64,000 nt of DNA from NCBI GenBank assembly GCA_043803945.1, contig JAZDJN010000091.1, positions 64,001 to 128,000 of the forward strand, in the 5' to 3' direction. The stretch comes from a bacterium (GTDB taxonomy: Bacteria; Bacteroidota; Ignavibacteria; UBA10030). The translations under genes and the position numbers were made by a program. Below the pieces are notes generated by a model, which did not search any database, had not been told where the DNA came from, and saw only the letters and a list, made by a program, of their open reading frames with translations. Position 1 is the stretch's first letter, and each line of letters opens with the position of its first letter. Positions 59,450 through 64,000 of this stretch are shown here, piece by piece.

Positions 59450-61681
59450 CTAAGGTGTAATTACATTATTTGCACCAGTCAGTAAACGATTTCGTGTTTT
59501 GATGGCTTCATTTTTTATCTGTTCCTTCAATGCAGGCTGCTTCAGTATCTCATCGCATGCTGTGAGGATGAGTCCTCGATCGACTGCAAAGGTAAACCAC
59601 CCTAACGCTTCAAGCGCTGTCACTCGTACGACCGGTTCATTTTGAGTTTCCCTGGCTACTGCAATCAAGGTCGGTACTGCTTCTTTAAAATTATAACGCC
59701 GGAACGTTCGCAGCGTGCTGATTTTCTTTTTCAACCTGACAGTATCACTGAGGATCATCGGTAGGAGTTCTTTGTGAAGCCATTCAATCCTCGACTTGAA
59801 TGATCGCTCAAAATCTGATTTCAGTTTTTCTTTCGACGCACTGGCAGGCAATGCATCAACGACGGGATAGGTGGTTGCGAGCGCCTCTTTCGGACTGATT
59901 AATTCCATGGCGTCTTTCCCGTTGAAGGAGACACGTTCGGAAGGATCGGTGAGAATCGTTTTCGCAATCACCGGTAAATAGTCTTTTCGCCCGATCTCCC
60001 CCATCCACATGACCGATAAGCGGCGAATGTACTCGTATGGATCATTGACAGATTCGAAGAGTAATTGTTCAAATGCTTCCCCGCGTAATTCTGCCATACG
60101 CTTCAACACCTGCATGCGAACAATAAATGAGGGATCGGATTTGAATAGCGAGAGCAGTTGTTGTTCGTACTGTTTGCCATTCAAGCGAGAGAGCATGCGA
60201 ACAGCCAGTTCGCGCAGAATGGGAGCTGAACTCTTTAGATACCGTTTCCAGAGTTCAGCATTGTTCGCCTGGAGCACAATCGCTTTTGAGGGATTCTCAA
60301 TTGAGATAGACTCATAATGAAACGTCGGATCACCGATGATATGACTCTCCAGGAAATTACGTGTTCGGTGCCACTCTCCGACGCGAACACCATAACTCAG
60401 CAATCCCAGCAGTTCATTTGCCCAGAGATCCTGCAGCACGTTCACCGTATTTGCCACGCCTGCGACGGTCTTTCCTTTTCCGAAGACATAGGCGCCGGTC
60501 ACGTAAGGAGAAACGGTGTAGTTCCCGTTGAAGCACTCATCGAACATGATAAATCTTGCCTGCGGTGCAATCTCGTCAATATCGGAGATATAGATATCGA
60601 GCTTCGATGATGCAATCGAATCTACCTTGATAACAGAGTCGACAAACGCTCCCTCAAACCAATCGGCGGTGATCCCATACGCTTTGATGTAATAATTTTT
60701 TGTCTCCTCCAAGGAACGTTTTTGCCGTTGTGCCGTTCGAAGCTTGCTGCGTAAAAACATTTTCACCGATTGCAGATGGTTGTCGGCAGTAACCGAAGGC
60801 GGTTCACCGATCAGGTACTGGGTGTCATCGGCTCCATGGGCGTGGAAGAGCGCCATGTCGAGTTTCGGATCCTGCAGTTCAGTTAACACAATCTCTTTCA
60901 TCTGCGCACTCATAGCATGATTGAGATTTTTAATTTCTCCACCCCGAAGGAAGAACTGAGGGAATTCTTCGCGCAGCGTGTGCAGGTCCGCTTCCCACGC
61001 ACTTAATGCTTCGGAGTGATAACCGTGACCGGTAAAGGTAAAGGCTTTATCGAGCTTATTCTTCTCTTTCTTCTGTTCAGCGACACGCAGCAGATACTTC
61101 TCAATGAGTGTGTACTTGCTCTCATCTTCAACGGGCGGTTTGATGCGTCCACTATAAATATCTCGGTCGATGCGCTGAGGTGATTCTGGAGAAAGCGAAT
61201 AATGATATAAGAGCGGATTGATTGAATCCTTCTTTATGAAGGTAAATTCCAAATCAAAGTCATCGTAATACCGGTCTGAGGGAACCGACGAACGAAGCCA
61301 TGGCTGCTCCTGGTCGAGCTTGAATGCGGAGGTCATATGCTGTGCATCCCGGATCATAGGCATCGGAATATCACCGACAAAGACCACCCCTTCCAGCGGA
61401 GAAGGTTGCTTCGCCAGCTTCAGGATTACCTCTTTTATCTGCTCTGGAGACTGCCAGTCAGCAACAATTAAGTAGGAAGGTAACCCATCCTGTTCAACAC
61501 TCGTCCGATAGGCATCGACGGACTTCTGGATCTTCTCATAGGTTTTCTTATCTACAAATATCGCAAACGATGTTGAACCTTTCGTGGTCGGTTTAATGAT
61601 CTGGATTTCAGATGCAACCAGAACGAACGAACAGAACAGACCAAGTAGTATGATAGAGATGAAACGATGCAAACCCTTCAT
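59450..61681 (-). CDS. exported protein with a C25-like N-terminal domain and C-terminal HEAT repeats
   Basis: Signal peptide; LEGVVFVGDIP, PSDRYYDD, IYSGRI, FHAHG, FDECFNG, IIGDPT; HEAT-like DP..IVR / DPYEYIRR / DPSERV. Confidence 0.75.
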   Translation of the reverse strand: MKGLHRFISIILLGLFCSFVLVASEIQIIKPTTKGSTSFAIFVDKKTYEKIQKSVDAYRTSVEQDGLPSYLIVADWQSPEQIKEVILKLAKQPSPLEGVVFVGDIPMPMIRDAQHMTSAFKLDQEQPWLRSSVPSDRYYDDFDLEFTFIKKDSINPLLYHYSLSPESPQRIDRDIYSGRIKPPVEDESKYTLIEKYLLRVAEQKKEKNKLDKAFTFTGHGYHSEALSAWEADLHTLREEFPQFFLRGGEIKNLNHAMSAQMKEIVLTELQDPKLDMALFHAHGADDTQYLIGEPPSVTADNHLQSVKMFLRSKLRTAQRQKRSLEETKNYYIKAYGITADWFEGAFVDSVIKVDSIASSKLDIYISDIDEIAPQARFIMFDECFNGNYTVSPYVTGAYVFGKGKTVAGVANTVNVLQDLWANELLGLLSYGVRVGEWHRTRNFLESHIIGDPTFHYESISIENPSKAIVLQANNAELWKRYLKSSAPILRELAVRMLSRLNGKQYEQQLLSLFKSDPSFIVRMQVLKRMAELRGEAFEQLLFESVNDPYEYIRRLSVMWMGEIGRKDYLPVIAKTILTDPSERVSFNGKDAMELISPKEALATTYPVVDALPASASKEKLKSDFERSFKSRIEWLHKELLPMILSDTVRLKKKISTLRTFRRYNFKEAVPTLIAVARETQNEPVVRVTALEALGWFTFAVDRGLILTACDEILKQPALKEQIKNEAIKTRNRLLTGANNVITP

Positions 61682-61724
61682 GGCACCATCCTCATGATGT
61701 ATATTTCATCCAAGGTTAGACAAA

Positions 61725-61833
61725 AAGAAAAGCCATGGGCGTCACGACCCCCCCTGCCCCTGTTGATCAAATACGTCGGGCAGCCTGCTTGCGAGCCGAA
61801 GGCACTTCGGCAGGCAGGGGACATGACACCCAC
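61725..61833 (-). terminator. terminator-like hairpin with a 35-bp palindromic insert (61784-61818)
   Basis: TGGGCGTCACG..CTGCCC / GGGCAG|GG..CATGACACCCA arms, split by CCTGCTTGCGAGCCGAAGGCACTTCGGCAGGCAGG; A-tract on +. Confidence 0.55.
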
Positions 61834-61872
61834 ACTTTACTTTTTGTACGGCCTCGAGTATTCATTGAATCG

Positions 61873-64000
61873 TTACTTAATCAAACTCATTTTCTTTACT
61901 GCGGTCAATGTTCCGGTTTTCAGTTGGTAGAGATAGATACCACTTGATAATCCTGTCGAAGAAAATGGAATCACATGCCGGCCGGCATCGAGCCGCTCAT
62001 TCACCAGATCAGCAACTTTCCTGCCCAAGAGGTCAAACACCACGAGCGAGATCTCGGACGGAGCAGATATCGAAAATGCGATCGAGGTTGTGGGATTGAA
62101 AGGATTGGGATAGTTTTGCTCTAACGCGAACTCCAGCGGAATCCCTTCTGCCTGATTAGTGGTGTTCGTAACGTTGGCAGTCGTGAATACCCAACCCGAT
62201 GCCGTATACGCCCATGGATTTCCGCTTTTGTCGAATTCGATTCCATTCAATGTCTGCTCGGGAGGAATATCCGTCAGGTTCGTCCACGACGTTCCACCGT
62301 TTGTGGTCTTCATTACTATCCCCTTGTAGCCAACGACATACCCGACATTGGCATCCTTAAAGTTGATGTCATAAAAGAGTGTATCCGTGCCGGTGAAGCT
62401 GTGGGGAATGTATGTCCACGTCTTTCCGAGGTCGGCGCTGAAGTAAATCATTTTATTGCCAAGCGCCCATGCATGCGTTGCATCGATGATTCTGATCGCA
62501 TAGATAGTACCTGTTTGAGAAACACTTGCCGGATGGCCGTTGATCGTAGGTGTCTGCCACGTTGCGCCGCCGTCTGTGGTATAGCGGAGCGTGCGCGAAT
62601 CTGCACCGTAGATTCCCTGGTTCGCATCAAGGAAGCGAATCGACTTTGACTGTTTTAAGGTGACAGAGTCTTTCTTCGTCCAGGTTGCACCGCCATCGGT
62701 AGTCTTTGCGATTTGGTCTGCGGCATAAACCGTCACCGATCGCGCCAGATAGCCCACTGAGGCATTGATGAAATGAAGAGCCCGTGTCGCCGATTGGAAC
62801 GACTCCTCTGCCGGTGTAATGACCGTCCAGCTCTGACCGCCATTCGTCGTCTTAAGTGCCTGCCCGTAGTCCTGTCCCAAATATCCGGTGTTGGCATCAA
62901 GAAATTGCATGGCGAGAATCTGATCAGCTGCAGTCCCGACAGTTACCTGCGGCAACAATGACCAGCTCTTTCCACCATCGGCAGTTTTTCGCAACGTACC
63001 GTTGGCACTTCCCATAAATCCAATTTGCTGTGTGACAAAATTAATGCCCCTCACGGCATCGGAGAAATTCTGTCTGAGAATCTGCCAGGTTGCCCCGAAG
63101 TCTGTTGAACGCGCCACCATGCCGCTACGCCCCATCACCCAGAGCCGATCGCCAACACCGGTGATCGCATAGAGGATATGGCCAAAGGCCCGTGGCAGCG
63201 GTGTCCAGGTTATGCCAGCATCAGAAGTGCGAAGCATAATCGCTCCTCGCTGTCCGCCTACAATGATGCCGTTGCTCTTATCTTTAAAGTAGACATCGTT
63301 CGCCGATTCATAGGTGATCGATGCAGTCGCCTGATTCATAAAATTATAATTCTTCCCGCCATCGCCGGATCGATAGAGCATGGTTGGCTGCTTCTGATAC
63401 CAGGAGCCCCAGCCAGCCGAAACGACCGTAGTATCATCGAGCACATAAACGCAGTTCAAGGTATTCGATGTATAGGTATAGCCCCCATACAAAGGTTTGG
63501 TTGTCGCTGACCAGGTCGTGCCGCCATCAGTGGTGTATTGTAGGAGTGTGAAGTCGTTGCCGACAGCCGCACCTTTTGTTCCACCAAAGAAGTGAATATC
63601 ATAGAGCGGTTTTGTGAGAGTCTTCTGGCTTGTCCATGTCGCACCACCATCCGTCGTCACGAAGATATCCGAAGCAGAACTCTTTCCGCATACTGCCCAT
63701 CCTTTCTGAGCGTTCTGGAAAAAAACGCTGTACGTAATGCGGGTCGTATCTGTGGTAGGCAGCGTGATTTGTGTCCAGGTTGAGCCGCCATTGGTCGTTT
63801 TAAACACAGAGCGTTTCTCCGCAGCAAGCCATCCGGTGTTAGCATCGAGGAAAAAAATCTTTCGTAACCGTACGCTCACTCCAACATTGGATTCGACCCA
63901 TGTGAGCCCGCCGTCAGTCGATTTATAAATAGCACCGGCATCTCCCACCATCCAACCAGTGTTGGCATCGGCAAAGAAAATATCCCAGCCGCTCTGGCTG
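61873..64000 (-). CDS. YCF48/BNR-repeat beta-propeller protein with T9SS CTD (5' end lies beyond the window)
   Basis: Many F.DANTGW / (S/T)TDGG.TW Asp-box repeats; CTD LEQNYPNPFNPTT...KKMSLIK; frame is open to base 64000. Confidence 0.9.
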   Translation of the reverse strand, partial: SQSGWDIFFADANTGWMVGDAGAIYKSTDGGLTWVESNVGVSVRLRKIFFLDANTGWLAAEKRSVFKTTNGGSTWTQITLPTTDTTRITYSVFFQNAQKGWAVCGKSSASDIFVTTDGGATWTSQKTLTKPLYDIHFFGGTKGAAVGNDFTLLQYTTDGGTTWSATTKPLYGGYTYTSNTLNCVYVLDDTTVVSAGWGSWYQKQPTMLYRSGDGGKNYNFMNQATASITYESANDVYFKDKSNGIIVGGQRGAIMLRTSDAGITWTPLPRAFGHILYAITGVGDRLWVMGRSGMVARSTDFGATWQILRQNFSDAVRGINFVTQQIGFMGSANGTLRKTADGGKSWSLLPQVTVGTAADQILAMQFLDANTGYLGQDYGQALKTTNGGQSWTVITPAEESFQSATRALHFINASVGYLARSVTVYAADQIAKTTDGGATWTKKDSVTLKQSKSIRFLDANQGIYGADSRTLRYTTDGGATWQTPTINGHPASVSQTGTIYAIRIIDATHAWALGNKMIYFSADLGKTWTYIPHSFTGTDTLFYDINFKDANVGYVVGYKGIVMKTTNGGTSWTNLTDIPPEQTLNGIEFDKSGNPWAYTASGWVFTTANVTNTTNQAEGIPLEFALEQNYPNPFNPTTSIAFSISAPSEISLVVFDLLGRKVADLVNERLDAGRHVIPFSSTGLSSGIYLYQLKTGTLTAVKKMSLIK

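Overview
The 64 kb window looks like Ignavibacteria/Bacteroidota-Chlorobiota chromosome, inferred from many proteins with T9SS-type C-terminal sorting domains (NYPNPFNP...K/R.x.L.K/R) and Gln at +1 after the signal peptide. Left part (1-27 kb): ccoP-ccoG-ccoH-DsbD_2 cbb3-oxidase genes; a YdjC deacetylase; tRNA-Val(CAC) flanked by two partial copies of itself, each split by a palindromic insert; a small accessory island (proteasome-like Ntn hydrolase translationally coupled to an antitoxin/MazF pair, integrase remnant, FGE-domain lipoprotein); a PAS hybrid kinase; housekeeping genes (secA-glnB-era-uvrC, dacB, M28/glutaminyl cyclase, prmA, a ppx remnant, cysteine desulfurase); an ECF sigma/anti-sigma unit and a GAF-PP2C phosphatase. 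Right part (27.6-64 kb, all minus strand) is the highlight. It holds two tandem paralogous modules, each a ~2300-aa beta-helix-like protein carrying both a dockerin and a cohesin plus a T9SS CTD, followed by a small non-catalytic cohesin scaffoldin with a T9SS CTD. Directly upstream is an operon in which glycan synthesis/flippase genes are translationally coupled to a gingipain/PorU-like C25 peptidase with an intact His/Cys pair. My inference is a T9SS-secreted, cohesin-dockerin-assembled surface coat with its own sortase and glycan anchor. Intergenic DNA carries several REP-like repeats, MITEs and ~30-40 bp GC-rich palindromic micro-insertions. All domain calls are by motif recognition only; no searches were run.
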